Source: Dehalococcoidia bacterium
GTDB taxonomy: Bacteria > Chloroflexota > Dehalococcoidia > Lucifugimonadales > Lucifugimonadaceae
Length of the DNA: 57,314 nt
Direction: 5' to 3'
Assembly: GCA_012270805.1 (NCBI GenBank)
Contig: JAAXHR010000342.1
Span: forward strand, 1-57,314
The translations under genes were made by a program, and so were the position numbers. Every line of letters starts with the position of its first letter. Position 1 is the stretch's first letter. Under the pieces are notes generated by a model that was given only the letters and a program-made list of their open reading frames with translations, ran no database searches and was not told where the DNA came from. Shown here piece by piece: positions 23,929-32,100 of the stretch.

Positions 23929-25112
23929 TGGCAAAACGTAGAGTTATAGACGAAAACGGCGTCGTGGTCGAAGAATACGACTCGGAGGTAGATTCATACT
24001 CTTACTCGTATCCCGACATCGACAAACCCGTTCAGCAACGGGACATCGCCGTTACACCGGCAACGGTAGGCGAACCGCTAGCGCCACAAGATTTCCTGAA
24101 CCGGATCAATCTTATGAAGACGGTCGTCAAGGAAATGTCTGAAGATGTCCACTTCGGCGTCATCCCAGGAACGAACAACAAGCGATCACTATGGGAACCT
24201 GGGGCCGAGTTCCTGCGGATGGCCTTCGGTATCCGATGGGATTACGAAGTCATTGACGAAACCGTTGACATCGAACGCGGTCATTACCGATACGTCGTGG
24301 AAGCGTTCGCTCTCGACAGCGCGGGCCAACGCGGGGCAAAGTGGCGCGGTGTAGCTGACAGCCGATCATCGAAATTCGGTCGGATGGAGGCCGGAGAACT
24401 GGAACACAACGTCTTCGACAGGGCGCTGAAACGCGCCTTCGTCAATCTGATTAGGAACGTCACGGCGGCGTCCGGTGAGTTCCAGACAATCGTTGACGAT
24501 ACAGACGTTGACGTTTACACCCAGGCCGACGAACGGATAGATACGAGCGGAGGGTTCGACCCGTCTCGGTTCTGCCCACTCCACAGCAACGTGCAGAACC
24601 GCAAGGCGTGGGTCGCTTGGCAGAAAGGCGAGTACGGTCGCTATCACCGGATGGACAACGGTAAGTTCTGCAACTACAAAGCTATTTTAGACGCACGGTG
24701 GGCCGAGCTAGCGAAGTCGATTGACTACACTCGGAAAGACCTGAACGAATGGCTCAAGGAACGGGCCATGACAACCCTCGGCAAACTATCCGACGAAGAC
24801 AGGGCGAAGTTCCTAACTGAGTTTGAAGCCCACGTCGATTCCGTCAAGGCCGGTGCCATTGAAGCCGAAGATGCACCAGAATCGCCGGAGAGCGACGAAC
24901 CGCACACCGACAGTGCCAATACACCAGAGGAACCCGAAACGCCCGTCTCTGGAGATACTCATGCGTCAGAGGGAGGGAGAATCGCCTACATACAAGGCGT
25001 TTTAGAAGATGCGGGGATTGATGAACCTTCCGTTAGCATGATGGAGTTCTTCACCGAGAACCCCGAAGCCGACGCAGACGACTACCTTCAGGAAGTCGGG
25101 GCGTTGATATAA
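23928..25112 (+). CDS. hypothetical protein with acidic C-terminal tail (possible recombination/ssDNA-associated protein)
   Basis: 394-aa ORF. The functional guess rests only on its early-region position and acidic tail. Confidence 0.6.
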   Translation: MAKRRVIDENGVVVEEYDSEVDSYSYSYPDIDKPVQQRDIAVTPATVGEPLAPQDFLNRINLMKTVVKEMSEDVHFGVIPGTNNKRSLWEPGAEFLRMAFGIRWDYEVIDETVDIERGHYRYVVEAFALDSAGQRGAKWRGVADSRSSKFGRMEAGELEHNVFDRALKRAFVNLIRNVTAASGEFQTIVDDTDVDVYTQADERIDTSGGFDPSRFCPLHSNVQNRKAWVAWQKGEYGRYHRMDNGKFCNYKAILDARWAELAKSIDYTRKDLNEWLKERAMTTLGKLSDEDRAKFLTEFEAHVDSVKAGAIEAEDAPESPESDEPHTDSANTPEEPETPVSGDTHASEGGRIAYIQGVLEDAGIDEPSVSMMEFFTENPEADADDYLQEVGALI

Positions 25113-25147
25113 TCAAATAGCCGGAATAGCATATATTCATGATCTGC

Positions 25148-25242
25148 GGCGTGGTAGCGCCAAGTCTACAGAAAGGAACGACTATCGCTGCATACGAATT
25201 ACGATCTGACTCACCCCGCGCTACCGCGCCGTTTTTGTTTTT
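25148..25242 (+). terminator. stem (13 bp, one U:G) with large loop followed by a T-tract
   Basis: GGCGTGGTAGCGC ... GCGCTACCGCGCC followed by GTTTTTGTTTTT. Confidence 0.4.
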
Positions 25243-25275
25243 CGGCTATCTACAAAGCGAAAGGAATGCCATGAA

Positions 25276-25620
25276 GTGACTACGACCGTCTCACACGAAG
25301 AACAGACTAGCATGGACGAATACATTGTTCCCGACCGGAATCTCCAGACCCTTCTGGACGACCGGATGAAGCTACGCGAAACAAAACTCGCCGCCAATCG
25401 TGAATTCGAAGCGTCCAGGGAGGCCGTCGAGGAAGCGTTGAATGACCTCACAATCGGTCAGCTTTCGATCAACGCTTGGCTCAGGCAGGACAGCGCGAAC
25501 CGGAAAGTCCGGTGTGGCCCTCACGTCATTTCCCTGCGTGAAACCGACGCGATTACCGTCGAAGCCCACACGCGGGATGCTGCGGAACGTCGGGTCTACA
25601 CCCACGACCCTGGCGAGTAA
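25276..25620 (+). CDS. hypothetical protein
   Basis: 114-aa ORF with a GTG start 10 nt after AAAGGAA. Confidence 0.5.
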   Translation: MTTTVSHEEQTSMDEYIVPDRNLQTLLDDRMKLRETKLAANREFEASREAVEEALNDLTIGQLSINAWLRQDSANRKVRCGPHVISLRETDAITVEAHTRDAAERRVYTHDPGE

Positions 25621-25664
25621 AGTTTCCTAGCTTCTAACGATCCCCTGATCTTCTGAATCGAGTC

Positions 25665-25703
25665 GGCGGGTGATGGAGCCATCTGTCACCCGCCTTTGTT
25701 TTT
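25665..25703 (+). terminator. rho-independent terminator
   Basis: GGCGGGTGA-N12-TCACCCGCC followed by TTTGTTTTT. Confidence 0.7.
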
Positions 25704-25716
25704 GAAAGGAAAACTC

Positions 25717-26574
25717 ATGGCAACATATTACAAACTGGCCCGCCCCGACGGGTTCGATTTCTACAGTGGGAAGACGATCAACTACCGTGAAAACATCGGG
25801 AAGACCGTTCTCTGCCCTCCTTCCGACTGGCCGAACCGCATTAGGGAAGGAGTGTGGCGTCTATGCACCACCGACGTACTCCACGCATCCGACACCGCAG
25901 AGAAGTGTTTCGTCGGAGCGAAAGTTCCCTGTTCTCTTTACCGAGTTGAGGGTACGCCCGTGGTTGAACATTACGAAAAGGCGGGGTTTGCAGAGTTATA
26001 CGTCCTTGAAGAACTCGACCCCGCCGAACACTTTAAGTGGAGGTATCAAGAGGCTGTCAGCCCCATGCATCCTCTGAAAATCAGGCCTTCCGATATAACC
26101 GAATCTCAAATCTCACTTGTTCGTGCGTGGGCTTCGGTCTGGAATTCGGTCACGGATTCGGTCAGGGCTTCGGTCTGGGCTTCGGTCACGGATTCGGGAA
26201 GGGATTCGGTCTGGGATTCGGTCTACGCTTCGGTCAGGGATTCGGTCTGGGCTTCGGTCAGGGATTCGGTCTGGGATTCGGTCTGGGCTTCGGTCAGGGA
26301 TTCGGTCTGGGATAAGGTCAGGGATAAGGTCAGGGATTCGGTCTGGGATTCGGTCAGGGCTTCGGTCAGGGCTTCGGTCTGGGCATATACCGGTCACATA
26401 TTCGTCCCTGTTGTAGATACCTGGAAATACGTCACCCCTTTTGAGGGTCAATACCCGTTCCAGCCTGCCGTTAACCTGTGGATGCAGGGGTTAGTCCCAA
26501 GTTTCGATGGCAAGCGATGGCGACTACACGGCCACGAAGACGCCCGAATACTATGGCAAGGACAGATAACATGA
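25717..26574 (+). CDS. protein with 21 tandem (A/D)SV(W/R) tetrapeptide repeats
   Basis: Start MATYYKLARPDG after GAAAGGAAAA. Central segment is ASVWNSVTDSVRASVWASVT...DSVRASVRASVW. Confidence 0.7.
   Translation: MATYYKLARPDGFDFYSGKTINYRENIGKTVLCPPSDWPNRIREGVWRLCTTDVLHASDTAEKCFVGAKVPCSLYRVEGTPVVEHYEKAGFAELYVLEELDPAEHFKWRYQEAVSPMHPLKIRPSDITESQISLVRAWASVWNSVTDSVRASVWASVTDSGRDSVWDSVYASVRDSVWASVRDSVWDSVWASVRDSVWDKVRDKVRDSVWDSVRASVRASVWAYTGHIFVPVVDTWKYVTPFEGQYPFQPAVNLWMQGLVPSFDGKRWRLHGHEDARILWQGQIT
26131..26382 (+). repeat. 21 x 12-nt tandem repeat (consensus GATTCGGTCTGG / GCTTCGGTCAGG)
   Basis: Counted directly. Lacks stops in 3 plus frames and 1 minus frame, which generates spurious ORFs. Confidence 0.9.
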
Positions 26575-26876
26575 CGGTTGAACATGAACCGGATTGGATC
26601 GTCCTAGACGGCCCGTGGATCGTAGTACCGCTCGAAGACGATCAACAATATCGAGAATATTCAACACTGGTCTGTTGCTTCACCTGTGCCGGTGCGGTAG
26701 AAGACCACGACGCTGAACCCCGAACGATCCGCGACGAATACAACTACCCACGACCAGCGGCACAGCTAGTCGTTCCGTTGAACGTAGCTGGCCTCCGGTA
26801 CGCGACCGAAGCCGAGCTAGAGGATTTCTGGAAACGTCGGTTCGATGTACAAACGACCCACTTCCGTGTAACATAG
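26571..26876 (+). CDS. hypothetical protein
   Basis: Start MTVEHEPDW is ATGA-coupled to the repeat-protein stop. Confidence 0.55.
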   Translation: MTVEHEPDWIVLDGPWIVVPLEDDQQYREYSTLVCCFTCAGAVEDHDAEPRTIRDEYNYPRPAAQLVVPLNVAGLRYATEAELEDFWKRRFDVQTTHFRVT

Positions 26877-26932
26877 TCCCCAAGAGGTCGGTGTCACCTT
26901 CCCTTACCCGCGACACCGCCCTCCGTTGTGTG

Positions 26933-26981
26933 AAGTCCCGCGTCTGTCTTTATCCCTCCAAGATGTGAACAGGCGCGGGAC
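26933..26981 (+). terminator. long hairpin (14 bp, one U:G) followed by GTTTCATTC
   Basis: AGTCCCGCGTCTGT ... ACAGGCGCGGGACT. Confidence 0.4.
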
Positions 26982-26996
26982 TGTTTCATTCAAGCC

Positions 26997-27172
26997 GAAC
27001 CGGATAGCTAGACGAAGACTGCACATCAAGTGTGCTACACCTGAAAAAGTAGCCGATGTTGAGTTGTTAAGGTAATACCTCCGTGATAACGGAGAACGGC
27101 GATTAAAGCACCGTCGTCCCCTAATCTCGCAGTCTACGGGAGTCGGCCCCGTTCACGTCTAGCTATCCGGTT
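26997..27172 (+). ncRNA. structured element 1 (176 nt) closed by a perfect 17-bp stem
   Basis: AACCGGATAGCTAGACG pairs with CGTCTAGCTATCCGGTT. Inner stem AGACTGC/GCAGTCT. Hairpins CTCCGT-GATA-ACGGAG and CGGGAGTCGGCCCCG. Strand not determined. Confidence 0.5.
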
Positions 27173-27176
27173 CTAG

Positions 27177-27349
27177 GACTGGACAGCCGCATGAAAGATC
27201 GCACCATTCAGATGTCGGATTCAGGCTCTAGTGGCTAGAGGCGGCTGTATCTGTGCTTCTCAGACACCGCCCACCTGTGGGATTACGGACCGTATGTTGC
27301 AGGCGCTATCTGCGGGAGTCGGTCCCGTGTATCGTGCGGCTGTCCAGTC
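27177..27349 (+). ncRNA. structured element 2 (173 nt) closed by a perfect 15-bp stem, paralog of element 1
   Basis: GACTGGACAGCCGCA pairs with TGCGGCTGTCCAGTC. Hairpin CGGGAGTCGGTCCCG sits in the equivalent 3' position. Inner stem AGATCGCACC/GGCGCTATCT is imperfect. Confidence 0.5.
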
Positions 27350-27371
27350 TTTAGAAAGGAACAGAAGACCT

Positions 27372-28136
27372 ATGCAACACTACTCGACGGAAGTCATGGC
27401 CGGTCGGATCAACAAGCGGCGATCTGTGACGACCGGTGAAGGATATGTTCGCCGTAAACAGAAGACGGAAAAACAGAGGATGCGTGATCTAATAATCACG
27501 GAGCTTTCACTTCGACACTGGCCCAACGCTCTGAACGTCCTCACATTCCCGTCGATACACTGGTCGTTCGAGAACGATCTAATCAACAAGAGGGAACGAC
27601 CGCGTGACCTCCAGCGGGGCTACGTCAACGCGACGATCATCACCGCTATCGAGCGAGAGACGCCGATCTTCAGGGCCGCTGCGCTCCGTATGCCAGGGAC
27701 ACGCGACGGTGAGATTCACATTCTCGAAACGCCTCCGTGGGCCAGTGCCGCCGTTCGTACTCGAAAGATCGGTAGGTTCTATCAAACCGACTTCGAATCG
27801 TTAGCGGCGAAACAGGATTACGTGTACGATGCAGCGTGGCTCGACTTCAACGGGCCGCTGTCGCCGAAGCTGGTCGCTCACATTATTTCGTTCTGGTCGA
27901 GAAAGATCAGATGGAAGATGTTCGTCACCGTCATGCACGGACGGTACACGCCAGACGCGATGGAATCGATTGAACGGTACGGATCGCCGGAGGAATGGCT
28001 GTCGTCGTCGCTGACCGATAGCCGTCAGATCATGTCGGAGCGGTATCGGGACAACATGACGATGATCCAAATGGGATTCGTCAAGACGTTTGACCTGTTC
28101 GATACTACAGACCTTTTGAAACTGCTGGAGGGCTAG
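27372..28136 (+). CDS. hypothetical protein
   Basis: Start MQHYSTEV after AGAAAGGAACAGAAGACCT. The longer ORF from 27231 would overlap structured element 2. Confidence 0.6.
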   Translation: MQHYSTEVMAGRINKRRSVTTGEGYVRRKQKTEKQRMRDLIITELSLRHWPNALNVLTFPSIHWSFENDLINKRERPRDLQRGYVNATIITAIERETPIFRAAALRMPGTRDGEIHILETPPWASAAVRTRKIGRFYQTDFESLAAKQDYVYDAAWLDFNGPLSPKLVAHIISFWSRKIRWKMFVTVMHGRYTPDAMESIERYGSPEEWLSSSLTDSRQIMSERYRDNMTMIQMGFVKTFDLFDTTDLLKLLEG

Positions 28137-28137
28137 T

Positions 28138-28401
28138 GTGGAACCTCAAGATCAAATCTCCCGCGAAGCGGCAATCGTCAGGCTCGAAGTTGCCGCCCCT
28201 GACCTACTCGAAGCATGTAGGACGCTTGTTGATTGGGTTGAAACAGGCAGGGAAGACCTTAGCGATCCGTCCGTTGGGTTGTACAGCAATCCTGACTATT
28301 GCCTCCTGTGCCAACCTGGGATGCCGGACGATCCCAGGCACGTTGACGATTGTCCTGTCGTTCTGGCAATGGCCGCGATAGAGAAGGCCGAGGGTAGTTG
28401 A
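28138..28401 (+). CDS. hypothetical protein
   Basis: 87-aa ORF with a GTG start. Confidence 0.5.
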   Translation: MEPQDQISREAAIVRLEVAAPDLLEACRTLVDWVETGREDLSDPSVGLYSNPDYCLLCQPGMPDDPRHVDDCPVVLAMAAIEKAEGS

Positions 28402-28427
28402 CATATCGACGCCGGTCGGCATATCAT
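28398..28427 (+). promoter_or_regulatory. sigma70-like promoter TTGACA-N18-TATCAT
   Basis: Read directly at 28398-28403 and 28422-28427. Confidence 0.45.
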
Positions 28428-28434
28428 CGCTGTT

Positions 28435-28571
28435 GACTGAACTCAGTAGATGAATCACAATAGCTATATCGTCCGGCGAGTATCGTCCAAATCTATTCGA
28501 TCCTAGCTGGCCGGACACCAGAACAATCGCCCCGACCGCTGAGTTCAGTCACCTCACACAAGGTCGGGGCG
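28435..28571 (+). promoter_or_regulatory. structured leader with mutually exclusive helices upstream of the HNH gene
   Basis: Stem GACTGAACTCAG/CTGAGTTCAGTC (28435-46 / 28539-50) encloses GTCCGGC/GCCGGAC. Its 3' arm lies in the loop of hairpin CGCCCCGACC/GGTCGGGGCG (28528-37 / 28562-71), which is followed by TTGTGCGTT. Confidence 0.4.
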
Positions 28572-28593
28572 TTGTGCGTTACTGGAGGTATGG

Positions 28594-29121
28594 GTGGTTC
28601 TAGTAAATATGGCCGACTGTGTTGAATTCGCCCCGCATAAAGGCGTACTTGTGCTTCAGAAAACATTGAAGATTACGGCTGACGACCTTGCATGGATGGC
28701 AGTTACGGCGCTAAAGCACATGGAGGATGAATTATTCACATCGGCGTATAAGAAAAACCATCGTAATGAATTCTATAAGGTCGTTGTCGAAAAATACGGG
28801 CGTTTTGAAGTTAGGATTTCATATCAAGAATTTGAGTCACTTCTTAAAATCGCACGTCTCAATTCAATCACACGCAGTAAGAAACAAGAATTGATTAAAG
28901 ATCGGCGACAGGAATTCCAGCGATCACGGAAGTACATTATGTTAGCAATGATCGAGGATGGACACATCTACGCCTGCAATGAGTGTCATTCATCGTCTGA
29001 TATTACCATCGATCATGTGGTTCCTCTTTCAAGAGGCGGTTCAGACGAATTAGAGAATCTTCAATTCCTCTGTCGTTCATGTAACAGCCGAAAATCTGCG
29101 AAGGTGAACAGTAGTGCATAG
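28594..29121 (+). CDS. HNH endonuclease
   Basis: CNECHSSSDITIDHVVPLSRGGSDELENLQFLCRSCNSRK. AT-richer than its flanks. Confidence 0.85.
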   Translation: MVLVNMADCVEFAPHKGVLVLQKTLKITADDLAWMAVTALKHMEDELFTSAYKKNHRNEFYKVVVEKYGRFEVRISYQEFESLLKIARLNSITRSKKQELIKDRRQEFQRSRKYIMLAMIEDGHIYACNECHSSSDITIDHVVPLSRGGSDELENLQFLCRSCNSRKSAKVNSSA

Positions 29122-29929
29122 GACGTTGGCCGAAAAGGTTCTGCCCTGTTCAATACCATCGGGACAAAAACTAACTCTGATCGCCCTTGCCGTTCACGCC
29201 GACGACGACGGGGCAAACTGTTTCCCTGGTCTACACCGCCTCATGCTCTACACTGGATTCTCAGATCGCGGAGTTCGCAACCACATTGAGAGCCTAATCG
29301 AAGACGGGTGGATACGAAGAACATCTTCGCGGACGGGTGGACGTGGACACCGTATAGGATATATTATCGACGCCGAAAAGGTGGAACGTCGTTCACTGTT
29401 TGAAGACGTAAAGGGTGAACCTAGTACCATGAATACAGTTCACCCTTCTGAAGAAAAGGGTGAACGTCGTTCCGTAAAGGGTGAACCTAGTTCAACAAAG
29501 GGTGAACGTCGTTCCGCTGCTATAAAGGAAGAAGACCAGATACTACCAACTACTGACCTTAATAATATGTCCGAAAAGCCGGAATGGTATCATCGTCTTC
29601 GGTTATACGATTCTCGCCTTGATCGGTCTGACCGATGGATACAGAACGTCGAGAAGGAATATCCCGACCGGAACCTAGCCGATGATGCCGAGGATGCTAT
29701 CGCGTGGCTTATCGCTAACGCTCATACCAAACGTGGCAATAAAAAAGACATTGGCCAGTTTTTCAAGAATTGGCTCAAGCCTAAAGATTGGCAAACGACC
29801 TCAGCGAAGAACGGCGTCGCACCGTCTACCAACGGCTCGAAGCCTATGAAGACTGACGAAGAACGCTACGCCGCTGGTGAGCTACGGAAGCCGAGCTTCA
29901 TCCCTGACGATATGGAGAAAGCGAAATGA
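29114..29929 (+). CDS. replication initiator-like winged-helix protein
   Basis: N-terminal LTLIALAVHADDDGANCFPGLHRLMLYTGFSDRGVRNHIESLIEDGWI. Contains internal iterons and sits upstream of the DnaC-like loader. Confidence 0.55.
   Translation: MHRTLAEKVLPCSIPSGQKLTLIALAVHADDDGANCFPGLHRLMLYTGFSDRGVRNHIESLIEDGWIRRTSSRTGGRGHRIGYIIDAEKVERRSLFEDVKGEPSTMNTVHPSEEKGERRSVKGEPSSTKGERRSAAIKEEDQILPTTDLNNMSEKPEWYHRLRLYDSRLDRSDRWIQNVEKEYPDRNLADDAEDAIAWLIANAHTKRGNKKDIGQFFKNWLKPKDWQTTSAKNGVAPSTNGSKPMKTDEERYAAGELRKPSFIPDDMEKAK
29376..29515 (+). repeat. iteron-like repeats AAGGGTGAAC (5 direct, 1 inverted): candidate replication origin
   Basis: Cores at 29378, 29411, 29456, 29477 and 29498, with an inverted copy at 29438-29447. 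The last three are spaced 21 bp apart. An AT-rich stretch follows at 29516-29570. Confidence 0.5.
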
Positions 29930-30270
29930 AGCTACTGGTCTGCGGTGATCGGGATTGGAAAGACTACGATGCTATCTACAGGATCGTTCAACGATTACAA
30001 CCTTTGTGCATCATTGAAGGTGGCGGGTCTGGAGCGGACGCAAAAGCGATGGATGTTGCAGCCTGTCTAGGCATCCCTAGGACAACTGTTAGTGCGGAAT
30101 GGAACATATACGGTCGGGCCGCAGGTCCGATCAGAAATCAGAAGATGATCGACATGCACCCTGATCTTGTCGTAGCATTCCACTCCGACATCACGAAGTC
30201 AGCCGGTACGATGGACACCCTCTGTCGGGCCGAAGATAATGGGATTCCATACGCTCTAGTCGAGGGATGA
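29926..30270 (+). CDS. SLOG/DUF2493-like protein
   Basis: MKLLVCGDRDW...IIEGGGSGADA...GRAAGPIRNQKM pattern. Confidence 0.55.
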   Translation: MKLLVCGDRDWKDYDAIYRIVQRLQPLCIIEGGGSGADAKAMDVAACLGIPRTTVSAEWNIYGRAAGPIRNQKMIDMHPDLVVAFHSDITKSAGTMDTLCRAEDNGIPYALVEG

Positions 30271-30271
30271 T

Positions 30272-31081
30272 ATGGCCGATCTGAAGACACTCCCATACCT
30301 GTTCAGCGTTGCCGGTATTCAGGCGTTCCAACAAGACCCTTTCACCCGCATCGAAGACGACTGGTGGTGTGAGACATGCAATCACCTTCTGTTCAAGTTC
30401 TACGCACCTGAGATAACCCACGTTCTCAACAACCGTGGAGTACCGCCAGAGAAATACCACGAATTCGATTGCCGGTGCCCTGCGATACAGCAAGAGGAAC
30501 AGATGCGGGCCGCACAGCGCCGTACCGACTCCGGTCTACCGCTTCTCGATAAGACGTTCGATATGTGGACACGGCGCGAAGGTGCAGAGAACGCTTATTG
30601 GGCTGCAAGAAACTTTCCCGAAGCTATCAACGACAAAGAAAACATCCTCGTATTCATCGGAGAACCTGGGACTGGCAAGACGCATCTACTCCAGGCTATC
30701 GGTCACGAATGTCTTCGGCGTGGGCGAACGGTACGCTTCGCTCAGGCTGCGGAACTACTTCAGTCGATTCGTGATACATACAGCGACGACGCAGACGTAT
30801 CGACCGGCGCGTTGCTGGACTCGTATAAATCGGCCAGCGTCTTGCTGATAGACGACCTCGGCGCGGAGTCTTCAACGTCGTGGACGATTGAACAGCTAAC
30901 GGCGTTGATAGACGACCGGTATCGCTCCGGTCGTCAGCTAGCGATAACGACCAACATCAACAACCGTAAAGACATGGCGGCTAACTGCGGGTTCCGTCTA
31001 GCTGATCGGATATTTGACATCAACACCGGTATCGTCGCACACGTCCAGCTAACGTGTAGTTCATACAGGCAGAAGGAGTAA
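30272..31081 (+). CDS. DnaC/IstB-like AAA+ helicase loader
   Basis: Walker A GEPGTGKTHL and Walker B LLIDDLG. Confidence 0.8.
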   Translation: MADLKTLPYLFSVAGIQAFQQDPFTRIEDDWWCETCNHLLFKFYAPEITHVLNNRGVPPEKYHEFDCRCPAIQQEEQMRAAQRRTDSGLPLLDKTFDMWTRREGAENAYWAARNFPEAINDKENILVFIGEPGTGKTHLLQAIGHECLRRGRTVRFAQAAELLQSIRDTYSDDADVSTGALLDSYKSASVLLIDDLGAESSTSWTIEQLTALIDDRYRSGRQLAITTNINNRKDMAANCGFRLADRIFDINTGIVAHVQLTCSSYRQKE

Positions 31082-31091
31082 TGGACAGACA

Positions 31092-31388
31092 ATGACTACA
31101 CGCGAAGAACGAAACGCGTACAGCCGTGGTTACTTTGCTGGCCTACGTGGGCATTGGCCTATCTACCTACCGCCTACTATTCCTAACACAGAGCAACAGC
31201 GCCTTGTTGATGCCGCTGTTGCGTTATCACAGCGCGTCGATGAAGTGTTCGCTACTACATTCGATGAAGAAGACCGTGAAAACGACTTCGCAGGATTAGA
31301 GTCTGCAAGACTAGAGGTTTTAAGAATCGTGGCCGATGTTCGCCTATCCGTAACTCAACGACTAGAGGCGTCCAATGATACCGAGTGA
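31092..31388 (+). CDS. hypothetical protein
   Basis: 98-aa ORF. Confidence 0.55.
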   Translation: MTTREERNAYSRGYFAGLRGHWPIYLPPTIPNTEQQRLVDAAVALSQRVDEVFATTFDEEDRENDFAGLESARLEVLRIVADVRLSVTQRLEASNDTE

Positions 31389-31593
31389 AGGTCGTCTTCT
31401 AATCCGCAGCAACGGGACGCATGTCGCGTTCATCGGTGTTGACGTTCCCGACGCAGAGATAATCTCAGGGAACAACATGTCGTTACTGGTACGACTCGGT
31501 GACGACGAAGCTGTTCTTCACCTGACGCCGGAACCTAGCACGAACGCAATCCCGTTCACTAAGGGCAGGATCGAACACGGGAGATTCTACTAA
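31375..31593 (+). CDS. hypothetical protein
   Basis: 72-aa ORF coupled to RuvC (TAATG). Confidence 0.5.
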   Translation: MIPSEGRLLIRSNGTHVAFIGVDVPDAEIISGNNMSLLVRLGDDEAVLHLTPEPSTNAIPFTKGRIEHGRFY

Positions 31594-32084
31594 TGCGAAT
31601 AATGGGGATCGACCCAGGAACACAGATAACTGGCGTTGCCGTTCTCGACACTGAGCTTCCAGAGGGACTGTTCCATTTCGACTATCTTCAGACTCCAGCT
31701 AGTCAACCGATCCCGCAGCGTCTATCAAGACTGTTCGAATACTTAGAGTCGGCTCTCGCTACTTGGAAACCCCACCATGTATGTGTCGAGAAGGGGTTCG
31801 TCGGCGGCTACCCGTCTGCTACACTCGCCCTCGGTATGGCGCGTGGACTCGTAATGGTAGCGGTCGAACGGGCTAGAGATGTTATCTATTACGAACACAC
31901 TCCAGCCGAAGTGAAGAAAGGCTTCACAGGCAACGGTCGGGCGAAGAAGGACACAATACGATCATATGCCGAGACGATGTTCAACCTCGATCTATCGTAC
32001 AAAGGCGGGGAGGACGTAGCAGATGCAATAGCGGTCGCGGTTTGTCACGCACGTCAACGGAACCCACAAGCGTTAATAACCTAA
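31593..32084 (+). CDS. ruvC: RuvC-like Holliday junction resolvase
   Basis: MRIMGIDPGTQITGVAVLD...VCVEKGF...ADAIAVAVCH. Confidence 0.85.
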   Translation: MRIMGIDPGTQITGVAVLDTELPEGLFHFDYLQTPASQPIPQRLSRLFEYLESALATWKPHHVCVEKGFVGGYPSATLALGMARGLVMVAVERARDVIYYEHTPAEVKKGFTGNGRAKKDTIRSYAETMFNLDLSYKGGEDVADAIAVAVCHARQRNPQALIT

Positions 32085-32100
32085 ACACGAAAGGAACGAT

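Noticed and set aside
26131-26382. Possible CRISPR array.
   Set aside because: The units are 12 nt, contiguous with no spacers, and lie in-frame inside a CDS.
26037-26451. Three additional long ORFs over the repeat region: 26037..26315 (+), 26117..26416 (+) and 26113..26451 (-).
   Set aside because: They arise because the 12-nt tandem repeat lacks stop codons in several frames. Only the frame continuous with the flanking non-repetitive domains (25717..26574) has an RBS and start.
26997-27349. Retron msr/msd interpretation of the inverted-repeat-closed elements.
   Set aside because: No reverse transcriptase (YxDD-type) ORF is seen adjacent or anywhere else in the window. The downstream ORF has no RT motifs.
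27231-27371. N-terminal extension of ORF 27231..28136.
   Set aside because: It would be translated through structured element 2. An internal ATG at 27372 has the consensus AGAAAGGAA-type RBS.
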